This document shows positions 43,732 to 52,817 of a DNA stretch of 64,000 bases, piece by piece. Position 1 is the first letter of the stretch; each line of letters starts with the position of its first letter. The stretch spans positions 2,100 through 66,099 of the forward strand of contig JALRLR010000001.1 in the NCBI GenBank assembly GCA_023254355.1. The letters are read 5' to 3'. Position numbers and translations under genes: made by a program. The stretch is from Poseidonia sp. Its GTDB lineage: Archaea > Thermoplasmatota > Poseidoniia > Poseidoniales > Poseidoniaceae. The notes beneath the pieces are model-generated. The model did not search any database. It saw only the letters and a program-made list of their open reading frames with translations, and was not told the origin of the DNA.

Positions 43732-45609
43732 ATGCCCGATCAGTGGGAGGCCGCCAACGGACTCCATCCTCGCTCTGCCTTGAATCGAGACGATGACCCC
43801 GACTTTGATGGGTGGGATCTTGACGGAGACGGTGATGTGATGTACGATACCTTGGAGAACACGGCCGTCGTACACACCGTTGATGTCACGCTCGGACAAC
43901 AGGTTGAAACCAATCAGCAAGTGGCTTCGGCTCGTATCACGCTTGCCGGTGGAAACCAACAGGTCATTCCTCTGAGGTCTCCCGTCGATGGCTACGTGTA
44001 CGAACTGAACGTCGTGGTTGGTCAATCAATCGATTCTCGCTTGTTCAGTTGGATGAACATCGTTGAGGAAGAAGAGCGATTCACCAACGTGATGGAGTAC
44101 AAAGCCAACGACCGAGACCAAGACGGTATCTTGGACGGACGTAGCACGGATCCCCTCAACCCAGATACGGACAACGACGGACTGATCGACGGTATTGAAG
44201 TGATGGGTTGGGAAATCTTGGTTGTCAACCGAGGTGTTCAACCCACCTGGGTGACCTCCGACCCCGGACTCTACGATACGGACGCTGACGGTCTTTCGGA
44301 TTTTGAAGAGTTCTCCTCAACCTGCAACCTCGGTGGGTCAAACGCCTCCAATCCCGATACGGACTCTGATGGTTTGACTGACCTCGAGGAAGCCGGTGAT
44401 AATTTCATGTGGGAAGGTGAGGCTTACTCAACTTCTCCGTGTATGTTTGACACCGATAACGATGGGCTAGAAGACGGTGAAGAAGTCGTTGCGGGAGAAG
44501 ACAATTTCCTCACCCATGCCAACAACTCCGACACGGACGATGACGGTTTGGTCGACGGCCAAGAAGTTCTCTTTGTGCCACGTCCTTTCCAAAACCCCAC
44601 CAACCCCTTGTTGAACGACACGGATGCTGACGGCATGCTCGACGGATGGGAAATGCAGGTGAAATCAGCCGAAGACAACACAAATTCACACAGCCTTTGG
44701 GTGGCCACTTCAACTTGGCTTCGCCCCGGGTGTGAAGAAACCCAATCCAGTTCATGTACCATGCAACCCGGTGGTTATGTTTGGCAGAACTGGCTCGGTG
44801 GCTTTGCATTGGAGCCCAAGTTTGCCGTGAGTGAAATGAACCTCACCGGTTTCCAGATGCCGACCAATCCCCTTTGCGACGGTTGCAACGGGCGCTGGGC
44901 TTTGGACCCCTCCCTGGGTTCATTGAAGGACGATACCTACGATGTCGACAACGACACGCTCGCTAACGGGATGGAGGCACCTGACCGCTGGAACACCAAC
45001 CCTGTTGACGACGATACGGACGGCGATTTGCTCCCCGACGGCTGGGAGGTTTCGTACTCGCAACTGGCCTTTGAAAACGGCTTGGCAACCAACGAAACCG
45101 TTGGTGTTTACGGCGCACGTGGTGTGATGGACCCGTCCATGCCCGACAGTGATTTGGACGGCATTGACGATGGTTTTGAGGATCCCGACGCCGACGGTTT
45201 GAATCGAACCGGGCTCATCAAGCGTTACTGTCCCGGTTACAACGACACCACGAACTCCGAGTGCAACATCGACCCCGATTCCCCCGATGGGAAACGCTTC
45301 TACGACAATCTTGAGAACTACACCAACTACGAAGAGATGCAAAACGGTACCAATCCAATCTCGAACGACACGGACGGCGATGATTGGAACGACGGTCCAG
45401 AAGTGTACTATCAAGACCATGATGGCGACGGTATGGCCACCGGTTGGGAATATCACTTCCAGTTTGATCCGTATGACGGAGCTGACCGCATGGTCGACAC
45501 CGACGGTGATGGCCACGTCAACTTCTGTGAGTACAAGTGGGACACCAACCCAAGAAACCCCGTCTCTTACCCAGGTCAAGGTGAATTGTGCGATCCATTT
45601 AGCGACTGA
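43732..45609 (+). CDS. Thrombospondin type-3-like repeat protein: C-terminal continuation of the preceding ORF (same frame; the true coding region resumes right after the TAG at 43657)
   Basis: The 75 nt upstream of the track's first Met translate without a stop as EYQVAQIFGEGNFTSPWLEDTDRDD and continue the repeat (DTDRDDMPDQWE). More repeats follow: DTDNDGLIDGIE, DTDADGLSDFEE, DTDSDGLTDLEE, DTDNDGLEDGEE, DTDDDGLVDGQE, DTDADGMLDGWE, DTDGDLLPDGWE, DTDGDDWNDGPE. Confidence 0.6.
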   Translation: MPDQWEAANGLHPRSALNRDDDPDFDGWDLDGDGDVMYDTLENTAVVHTVDVTLGQQVETNQQVASARITLAGGNQQVIPLRSPVDGYVYELNVVVGQSIDSRLFSWMNIVEEEERFTNVMEYKANDRDQDGILDGRSTDPLNPDTDNDGLIDGIEVMGWEILVVNRGVQPTWVTSDPGLYDTDADGLSDFEEFSSTCNLGGSNASNPDTDSDGLTDLEEAGDNFMWEGEAYSTSPCMFDTDNDGLEDGEEVVAGEDNFLTHANNSDTDDDGLVDGQEVLFVPRPFQNPTNPLLNDTDADGMLDGWEMQVKSAEDNTNSHSLWVATSTWLRPGCEETQSSSCTMQPGGYVWQNWLGGFALEPKFAVSEMNLTGFQMPTNPLCDGCNGRWALDPSLGSLKDDTYDVDNDTLANGMEAPDRWNTNPVDDDTDGDLLPDGWEVSYSQLAFENGLATNETVGVYGARGVMDPSMPDSDLDGIDDGFEDPDADGLNRTGLIKRYCPGYNDTTNSECNIDPDSPDGKRFYDNLENYTNYEEMQNGTNPISNDTDGDDWNDGPEVYYQDHDGDGMATGWEYHFQFDPYDGADRMVDTDGDGHVNFCEYKWDTNPRNPVSYPGQGELCDPFSD

Positions 45610-45624
45610 GGTCCTTGATTTTCC

Positions 45625-47184
45625 ATGATATCACCTTCTCGCAATGGTCGGGTGTTCATCGCTCTGGCGTTGATGTGTTTTCTTGTGGGAACAGGCACCC
45701 CCGGAGCATCTGCTTCCCATGCGCCTTCTGAATCGTCACCGATGCAGGTATCGGTGGACCAACCATCCGGCGTGTTGTTCGCGAATAGCATCAATTTGAG
45801 TGGTTCGTCAACTCAACCCTTACGAAACACCAGTTGGACCATCGTGAACATCAGTGGGACAACACCCATCACGGTTCTCAGTGGACCGTACTTGACTTCG
45901 GTGGTTCCGTTAGCCGACGGTGTGTATCGTTGGACATTGATCGTTGATTTACAAGGTGTTGATTGCACCTGTTATGTGGAATTGTCAACCATCGATGAGC
46001 AGCATCGTCCCTTTTCGGTCCACCATGTGGTGTACCTCGGGGATCAACATCAACGACCGGTGCTGGGGGTTGACAACCCGCAATCGTACACCACCCCTCA
46101 TCTCAGCGGTGAACCCTTCATGTTACAACCCTCCACGACGGTGGAATTGCAGTTGATACAACCCGCTTTGGAAGCCACCAACATCTCCGTCTTTGGGGAA
46201 CTATGCGAAGCGCCGTTTGAGGTCTGTTTAGGCAATCCATTCTCGGTGAATATTCCCCATCGCCTGAACAATCAATCCTTGTTTCTGGATCTCAACGCCA
46301 ACCAATGGGCCATTGACGAGGGGATTTGGCGTCTTACGGTTCATGTCACCGATGATTTGCTTCGGTCATCTCACCGGATTTCGCTTCCGTTGGTTTATGA
46401 CATTACGCCGCCAGTGGCCAGCCTCAACGTCCCGATTTTGGCGCAGGAGGGTGAGGTTTTCCTCATTTTTGCAGACGTTGACGATGGCTATGAAGGCTCG
46501 ATTTCGACGTTGACATGGTTTGTGGTGGATGAAGAAGGTGGAACAAGGTCGCCCACAGCAATGGAGCGGTTGAGTGAACATCAACTCAGTCTGAACTTCA
46601 CTCGGGCGGGATCGTACATCCTCGAACTCACCGTTCGTGACCATGCTGGCAACACGGTGAAGGTTTCCGAACAAGTGTTGGTCGAGAATCTCAAACCCGT
46701 CGCTCGAATATCAGTGGACGGACTCACGGTGGCGCCTTCCACCACCTTAAAACTCGGACCCGGTGCCAACTGGTCAATAAGTGGAACCATGAGTCTCGAC
46801 AACGAACCCATTGAGTATCTCTGGGTCATTGACAACGCGACGTCCATCCGGGGAGTGCCTTCGTTGACCCAAACGAATTTTTCCGGCACAGGGCTTCATA
46901 CAGTTGAGTTGATTGTATTTGATGACGATGGTGCCACCGATTCTCAATTCATTGAGGTGATGATTCTTGAGCCCCTTCAAGACGAGGTGGCCGCCACTTC
47001 ACCCATCGCCATGACGGTGCTTGGCTTGCTTATTCTCTCCGTCCTCGTTGCTCTACCGTTCATCAAGCGCCAACGTGTTACTGAAAGTGATTTACCGAGG
47101 TGGCAACCCAACGCCAAGGCGGAAGTTGTGTTTACATCCTCCCCGATAGGCTTTGATGCAACGGTTGAAGAAGATGAACCCTGA
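45625..47184 (+). CDS. Secreted, C-terminally membrane-anchored surface protein with PKD/Ig-like domains
   Basis: Signal peptide MISPSRNGRVFIALALMCFLVGTGTPGASA. PKD-like segments (...SYILELTVRDHAGNT..., ...LHTVELIVFDDDGATD...). C-terminal TM IAMTVLGLLILSVLVALPFIKRQR plus an acidic tail. Confidence 0.6.
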   Translation: MISPSRNGRVFIALALMCFLVGTGTPGASASHAPSESSPMQVSVDQPSGVLFANSINLSGSSTQPLRNTSWTIVNISGTTPITVLSGPYLTSVVPLADGVYRWTLIVDLQGVDCTCYVELSTIDEQHRPFSVHHVVYLGDQHQRPVLGVDNPQSYTTPHLSGEPFMLQPSTTVELQLIQPALEATNISVFGELCEAPFEVCLGNPFSVNIPHRLNNQSLFLDLNANQWAIDEGIWRLTVHVTDDLLRSSHRISLPLVYDITPPVASLNVPILAQEGEVFLIFADVDDGYEGSISTLTWFVVDEEGGTRSPTAMERLSEHQLSLNFTRAGSYILELTVRDHAGNTVKVSEQVLVENLKPVARISVDGLTVAPSTTLKLGPGANWSISGTMSLDNEPIEYLWVIDNATSIRGVPSLTQTNFSGTGLHTVELIVFDDDGATDSQFIEVMILEPLQDEVAATSPIAMTVLGLLILSVLVALPFIKRQRVTESDLPRWQPNAKAEVVFTSSPIGFDATVEEDEP

Positions 47185-47193
47185 GGATGAATC

Positions 47194-48567
47194 ATGTTCG
47201 CCGAAGCCCTCGCTAAGTTGCCTCCGCAACCAGCGCCAACCGCCATCAGCGAATTTAGAGAGCGTCAGGAACGCTTGACATCGCAATTTCGTAACGACGA
47301 TGTCTTCATTCTGACCTCGCCCCCCTTTGCTGTTCATTCCAACGACGTCGAATATCGATACCGTACGTCAAGCGATCTCCTCTACCTCACAGGCTGGAGT
47401 GAACCTGAGTCCGTTTTTGTCCTCCGTTACCACCAAGGCTCGTGGGTTTCAACGTTGTTTGTACAACCTCAAGACACGCTGAAAGAAATTTGGGAAGGTC
47501 GTCGCCCCGGAACAAAAGGAGCTCTTGCTGATTATGCCGTCGATGAGGCATACAACAACGACGAATTGTCTGTTCGCTTGTCCGAGTGGTTAAACGACAC
47601 CAAGCGCGTCTTCTTGCGGGGTGGTATGAACCCTGAAGTTGACGCCATGGTGGAACACGCCATTCGGAAACGAGACCGAGCGCGCCAACATTTTGGCAGC
47701 GGACCCGTGTCCCTTGAGGACCCATCCGGATTACTGGCCGAGTTACGACTGCGTAAATCCGCTTCAGAAATTGAGCAAATGGTGTATGCGAGCAAGGTCG
47801 CCAGTCTTGCGCATGAATTGGCCATGCGTCACAGTCGAGAAGGCGTCACTGAATATCAACTCCAATCCATCATCGAGGCCTTCTTTTCCTATGCTGGGGC
47901 ATCAGGTTGGTCCTACCCCTCCATTGTTGGTTGTGGTGAAAACGCGACCATTCTTCACTACACCACCAACCAAGACACGTGCGAGATGGATGAGGTCGTG
48001 CTCATCGATGCCGGAGCAGAATATCGGGGCTACGCCAGCGACATCACACGCTCATGGCCAATTTCGGGGACCTTTTCGGAGGCGCAGCGGGAAATTTACG
48101 AACTTGTCCTTCGCGCTCAACTGGTCGCCATTGATGCCTGCCAAGTCGGAGCGCCGTACACTGCGCCGCATGAGGCAGCCCGCCGTGTGCTTGCGGAAGG
48201 GCTGATCGAACTCGGTGTGATCCAACAGTCAATTGATGAAGCCTTGGACATGGACAAAGGAGAATTGCGACACTGGTACATGCACAACACGAGTCATTGG
48301 ATTGGTCTTGACGTACATGACGCAGGCGTCTACAAACCCGGTGGTTCACCACGGCTTCTTGAGCCCGGAATGTGCCTCACGATTGAGCCCGGTCTGTATT
48401 TCGGCGCTTGGAGACCGGATGTTGAATGCCCTGAACGCTATGCAAACATCGGCATTCGAATCGAAGACGATGTGCTGATCAGCACTCAAGGGCCGGTCGT
48501 CCTCACCGAAGATTGCCCGAAGTCGATTGAAGACCTCGAAAGCATTGTCGGCGTATCCCTCGGCTGA
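47194..48567 (+). CDS. pepP: Xaa-Pro aminopeptidase (M24B, PepP-like)
   Basis: N-terminal creatinase-like domain, then the pita-bread catalytic domain with HWIGLDVHD and metal ligands (D, D, H, E, E); 457 aa. Confidence 0.8.
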   Translation: MFAEALAKLPPQPAPTAISEFRERQERLTSQFRNDDVFILTSPPFAVHSNDVEYRYRTSSDLLYLTGWSEPESVFVLRYHQGSWVSTLFVQPQDTLKEIWEGRRPGTKGALADYAVDEAYNNDELSVRLSEWLNDTKRVFLRGGMNPEVDAMVEHAIRKRDRARQHFGSGPVSLEDPSGLLAELRLRKSASEIEQMVYASKVASLAHELAMRHSREGVTEYQLQSIIEAFFSYAGASGWSYPSIVGCGENATILHYTTNQDTCEMDEVVLIDAGAEYRGYASDITRSWPISGTFSEAQREIYELVLRAQLVAIDACQVGAPYTAPHEAARRVLAEGLIELGVIQQSIDEALDMDKGELRHWYMHNTSHWIGLDVHDAGVYKPGGSPRLLEPGMCLTIEPGLYFGAWRPDVECPERYANIGIRIEDDVLISTQGPVVLTEDCPKSIEDLESIVGVSLG

Positions 48568-48576
48568 GTTGAGTCC

Positions 48577-49761
48577 ATGTCCTGGCAGTCCATCCTCGAA
48601 CGTCAAGCGTCTTGGTCAAAGGCCACAGCTGCGTCCCTCCGCCTGACGGTGGATGAAGCGGTGGTGCTCTACGATGAGGCACCTCTCCATGCATTGATGC
48701 AGGCGGCCCATCAGCGACGAATGCAGATGATTCCTGGTGGTTACGTGACCTATTTGGTCGATCGGAACATCAATTACACCAACGTTTGCACCATCAACTG
48801 CCAGTTCTGTTCCTTTTACCGGCCCCCTGGTCATGACGAGACCTACACTCAGACCTACGAAGAAATTTCCAATCGAGTCCGTGAATTGGAGGCCATCGGT
48901 GGTTCTCGAATTCTCATGCAAGGTGGGGTGAACCCCGCCTTGCCCATCACGTGGTACCTTGATCTGCTTCGATTCCTTCGTCACCATCACCCTTCCATTG
49001 CGCTCGACTGCTTCAGTCCCATTGAAATTGAAGGGGTTGCCGAAGTGTGTGGACTAACGACGCTTGAAGTGCTCTCGCGATTCAAGGAGGCGGGCATGCA
49101 CGGATTGCCGGGAGGCGGCGCTGAGATGCTGGTGGAGTCGGTGAGGAAGGATGTCTCTCCCAAGAAGGGGTCGCCTACCAATTGGCTCAAGGTCATGGAG
49201 GAAGCCCAATCCTTGGGCTTAACCACGAGTGCCACCAACGTCATCGGTTTTGGTGAAGGCAACGGAGATCGCATCGAACACATGAACCAACTTCGCATGT
49301 TGCAAGACCGTTCCCTCAATAACCACGGCCACGGCTTCACATCGTTTATTGCGTGGCCCGTTCAATTGGAAGTCAACTCTTTTGGACGCCGAAATCGAGG
49401 CCAAAACAAGCATGAACTGGGGGCCGGTTCATCCGAATACCTCCGTCATGTGGCGGTGGCTCGGCTGTTTTTTGACAACATTGACCACATCCAAGCCTCC
49501 TGGCCCACGATGGGGCTTCCCATCGCTCAAATGGCGCTTTTGGGCGGTGCTGATGATGCAGGTTCCACCATGATGGAAGAAAACGTTGTGTCCGCTTCCG
49601 GCACCACGAAAGTTGAAGCCCAAGAAGCCGAACTTCAATTGGCCATTTCCAGAGCAGGCTTCGTGCCAAAGCGGCGAAACAGTGACTATGAACTCCTTGA
49701 GACAGAACTCAACACGGCATCCGTTTCTCCGCCGGTTGCGCCAACGCCTATGCAGTCGTAG
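48577..49761 (+). CDS. Radical SAM enzyme of the MqnC/MqnE/CofH family (futalosine-pathway menaquinone biosynthesis is most likely)
   Basis: CTINCQFCSF (CxxxCxxC) near the N-terminus and a TIM-barrel-length body of about 390 aa. The family members cannot be told apart by eye. Confidence 0.55.
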   Translation: MSWQSILERQASWSKATAASLRLTVDEAVVLYDEAPLHALMQAAHQRRMQMIPGGYVTYLVDRNINYTNVCTINCQFCSFYRPPGHDETYTQTYEEISNRVRELEAIGGSRILMQGGVNPALPITWYLDLLRFLRHHHPSIALDCFSPIEIEGVAEVCGLTTLEVLSRFKEAGMHGLPGGGAEMLVESVRKDVSPKKGSPTNWLKVMEEAQSLGLTTSATNVIGFGEGNGDRIEHMNQLRMLQDRSLNNHGHGFTSFIAWPVQLEVNSFGRRNRGQNKHELGAGSSEYLRHVAVARLFFDNIDHIQASWPTMGLPIAQMALLGGADDAGSTMMEENVVSASGTTKVEAQEAELQLAISRAGFVPKRRNSDYELLETELNTASVSPPVAPTPMQS

Positions 49762-52700
49762 GGCCGTAGAAGACCACCCAAATCACGGCTCGAATGTTCC
49801 GTCCACCGTTGCCGATTCCGTCAGAGGGGACGTATTCTGCTCCGTTGTAATAGCCTCTATACACCAAGTGGTTGTTGGTCGTGTTATCGACCCATTCGGT
49901 GATATCGTATGTCCACTGTTTCACGTCTTGACCAGCGCACCAACCGGCACGGCCAAATGGCCATGACCCGAACTGATTGGCCACGACTCCGTTGTTCACC
50001 TCGTTTTCACAACCCTCGCTGCTGTACACGATGGGATGCCATTCGTAAGTTTGGTGACTTCCCATGGTGTAGTAGTGTTGGTGGTCACAAAATTCTGCAC
50101 AATTGGCCGTGTCTTGATTGAATCCGTGGCCGGTGATGGTGGCTACAATTTCAACACGAGTCGTGCCAGCGGGAACGGTAAAGTTGTGTTGACGATTGTA
50201 CTTTGACTCGTTGTTGTACGTCCCGTCAAATTGACCGCCGCTAAAGGCGTAGGTGGCGTTTATCGACCGCTCGCCGCTTCCCCAGTTGCTGAAGAGGAAG
50301 GTGACGGTGAGGTCCCCTTTGTTGGCACCTGAATACTTGAATCGCCGCTCTTCGCCATCGTTGAGCATGAACAAATACGGTGTGATGTCCGTAAGCCACA
50401 TGCCCTCCCGTCCATAGGTGGTGATCCAGCGGACCATTTCGGTGTTGCAGACCGAGCTGTTCGAAGCATCGCACACATAGAGGTAAGCGAGGTAGTCCCA
50501 TTCGTGACAACCACCGTACGTTCCATCCGATTTTTGATACCGGTTGGTACGATCGTAGCACGCATGTTCGTGGTAAACCTCGAGGGTATCGTACGAACTC
50601 AGATTTTCAGGGAGTTGGAAGGTGGCGTTCGTGAATGATGAATGACCTCCCCCCCACCCGCCAGTGTGGCGTTGGAAATCCATGACGGAGACGGCGTGAA
50701 CGCCCGGGTCTGAACTCCGAATTTTGGTTGGGAATTCGGCCACCCACTGATTGGTTTCATACGACAGGTGGTACGGGTCGTTTGATTGGCTTGTCCATGC
50801 GTAGAGGGAACCGGTTTCTCGAGCCAGTTGGAAACGATCGATGCCCATGTATAACGGATTGTTAAAGGAAGCAATCATGGAACCAAGTCCTCCACCGATG
50901 TTGCTTGCATCCATGTCAATGTAGTGAATTCGGTCGTCCCAATCCGCTTCTTCGCTTGCGGTTAAACCGGCTAAGACGGCGTTTCGCTGTTGAACCACAT
51001 CATTGTGATAGGTGGTGTCAAACGACCCGTAGAAGAGATGCGTGTTTTCAGGAAGGTTACGTATGAATTTACCTGGATTTTGTCCCCAGGTCGCTCCATT
51101 GCTGCTTCCAGCCGAGTTGGTGTATTTGAACATGAAAAAGTAGACATCATGGCCCGTCCAACGGTCTTTGAAATTGAACGAGCCGTTCAGCGTAGGGACG
51201 GAAAATTGGGGTACGATTTGCATCGGGCCGTTCAACGATGAAGCGTCGGTCCAGTTCACCGGTAGTTGAATGACGGCACAACCAACTTGATCCACGGTCC
51301 ACCGTTCGGGTGAATTTGCACAAGCGTCAACGTTGGCAAACACGCCGTCTCCATCGATGTCCGCACACCCCACGGCGTTGACCACCAAGCCCGAAGGTGT
51401 GCCTTCGCACTGGTCAATAAAGTCGTTTACGCCGTCTTGGTCGGTGTCTCGTTCCACGGCTGCGCAACCGTGTTCATTGACGTCCAAACTGCCCAACGGG
51501 GTTTGTGGGCACAGGTCCAAGGTGGAACCGGTGGCGTTGACATCGTTAACACCGTCATTGTCGTCATCATCGTCTTCCGTTGCGTCTTGGCATCCATCGT
51601 TGTCCCAATCGTTGGCGGTCGTCGAAGACCATCCAGCCACCCCTTTTGGACACCAATCAACGGTGTCGTTGTGATCGTCGTTGTCGTCGTTGTCATCCTC
51701 ATCCAAATCGGAGCAACCGTCGTTGTCCCAATCACTGTACCGGTTTGAAAACCAACCTTTGCGGCCGACGGGGCACGAATCCTCCACGTCTTCCACACCG
51801 TCGTTGTCATCATCGGTGTCTTCATCCGCATCGTGGCAACCATCGTAGTCGTAATCGGCGCTTGGTGTGCTCACCCAACCGTAGGAGTTTGGGCATCCGT
51901 CGTGAAGGTCAATGATGCCGTCATTGTCGTCGTCGTCGTCTTCGTCGTTGTCGCGACAGCCGTCTTGATCACCGTCCGTCGCGGGCGTTGATTGCCACCC
52001 ATCGTCGGCCCCGAAGCCGTTGGGGCAACGGTCGTTGGCGTTTTGGACACCATCGCCATCTTCGTCATCTCCCGCTCCTTCAATGACCACGGTGGTGGTT
52101 GCGACATCGTTGGCCACGGTGAAGCGACCGCAGGTCGCCGTCGTGGTGATCGTGTGAGACGACGTTGCCTCCGTAAAGTCAACAAGAACTTTCCATGAAC
52201 CGCGGTCGTCAAGGGTTAAGCCGCCCACCGTTCCGTCGGTAATTTCGTATTGAACGGTGCATGAATCGATGTTCGCGTGGTCTACTCGCCCCTCAAACCA
52301 CACCACATTTGGTTCTTCGAGGACCAATCGTGCGGCGGTGGTCAGCACCGGCGCCGCCTCAATGGGCGCTTGAACGGTGAGGCTGAGCACGAGCGGTTGG
52401 AACTCGGGTACCATCTCGGTGCTACCAGTGTTCGAAAATCGAATGGAGACGATGTGTTCGCCAACCGTATCCGGTACAAAGGAAAGCTGGTAGCCGTTGG
52501 ATTGCTCAATCCATTCAATGTTCATCAGGGGCGTAAAGGAGGGATTCAGAACCGAAGGCTCTGCGATGTAAGTACCCTCTCCTTCTTGATTCACGTTCAG
52601 GATGTAAACGGCTTCCTCTCCGAGAACCATCGTACCCGGAGCATTCACCCACGTTGCTTCGAGGCTGTAGGTCTCTAGGACAGGCTCCTCGATGTCGGGG

Positions 52701-52780
52701 GCGGAATCCGTCATCCCTAAACATCCCGATACGACCATCAAGGCGACAAAACAGAGAGCTGTCCAGCGTTGTGGCTGCAT
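49748..52780 (-). CDS. Large secreted lipoprotein-like surface protein: Ig-like N-terminal domains, central thrombospondin type-3 repeats, and an aromatic/Gly/Asn-rich C-terminal globular domain
   Basis: Start trimmed to ATG 52780 (MQPQRWTALCFVALMVVSGCLG, lipobox-like). TSP3 repeats with Cys: DGDQDGCRDNDED...DGCPNSYG, DYDGCHDADED...DSCPVGRKG, DTDQDGVNDFIDQCEGTPSG, DIDGDGVFANVDACANSPE. The C-terminal 450 aa have about eight Cys and many W/Y/G/N. The track start 53005 is upstream low-complexity sequence. Confidence 0.65.
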   Translation of the reverse strand: MQPQRWTALCFVALMVVSGCLGMTDSAPDIEEPVLETYSLEATWVNAPGTMVLGEEAVYILNVNQEGEGTYIAEPSVLNPSFTPLMNIEWIEQSNGYQLSFVPDTVGEHIVSIRFSNTGSTEMVPEFQPLVLSLTVQAPIEAAPVLTTAARLVLEEPNVVWFEGRVDHANIDSCTVQYEITDGTVGGLTLDDRGSWKVLVDFTEATSSHTITTTATCGRFTVANDVATTTVVIEGAGDDEDGDGVQNANDRCPNGFGADDGWQSTPATDGDQDGCRDNDEDDDDDNDGIIDLHDGCPNSYGWVSTPSADYDYDGCHDADEDTDDDNDGVEDVEDSCPVGRKGWFSNRYSDWDNDGCSDLDEDDNDDNDDHNDTVDWCPKGVAGWSSTTANDWDNDGCQDATEDDDDDNDGVNDVNATGSTLDLCPQTPLGSLDVNEHGCAAVERDTDQDGVNDFIDQCEGTPSGLVVNAVGCADIDGDGVFANVDACANSPERWTVDQVGCAVIQLPVNWTDASSLNGPMQIVPQFSVPTLNGSFNFKDRWTGHDVYFFMFKYTNSAGSSNGATWGQNPGKFIRNLPENTHLFYGSFDTTYHNDVVQQRNAVLAGLTASEEADWDDRIHYIDMDASNIGGGLGSMIASFNNPLYMGIDRFQLARETGSLYAWTSQSNDPYHLSYETNQWVAEFPTKIRSSDPGVHAVSVMDFQRHTGGWGGGHSSFTNATFQLPENLSSYDTLEVYHEHACYDRTNRYQKSDGTYGGCHEWDYLAYLYVCDASNSSVCNTEMVRWITTYGREGMWLTDITPYLFMLNDGEERRFKYSGANKGDLTVTFLFSNWGSGERSINATYAFSGGQFDGTYNNESKYNRQHNFTVPAGTTRVEIVATITGHGFNQDTANCAEFCDHQHYYTMGSHQTYEWHPIVYSSEGCENEVNNGVVANQFGSWPFGRAGWCAGQDVKQWTYDITEWVDNTTNNHLVYRGYYNGAEYVPSDGIGNGGRNIRAVIWVVFYGPTTA

Positions 52781-52817
52781 GGGTAAACCTCCTATTCGTT
52801 TGCCTTCAATGTGTTGT

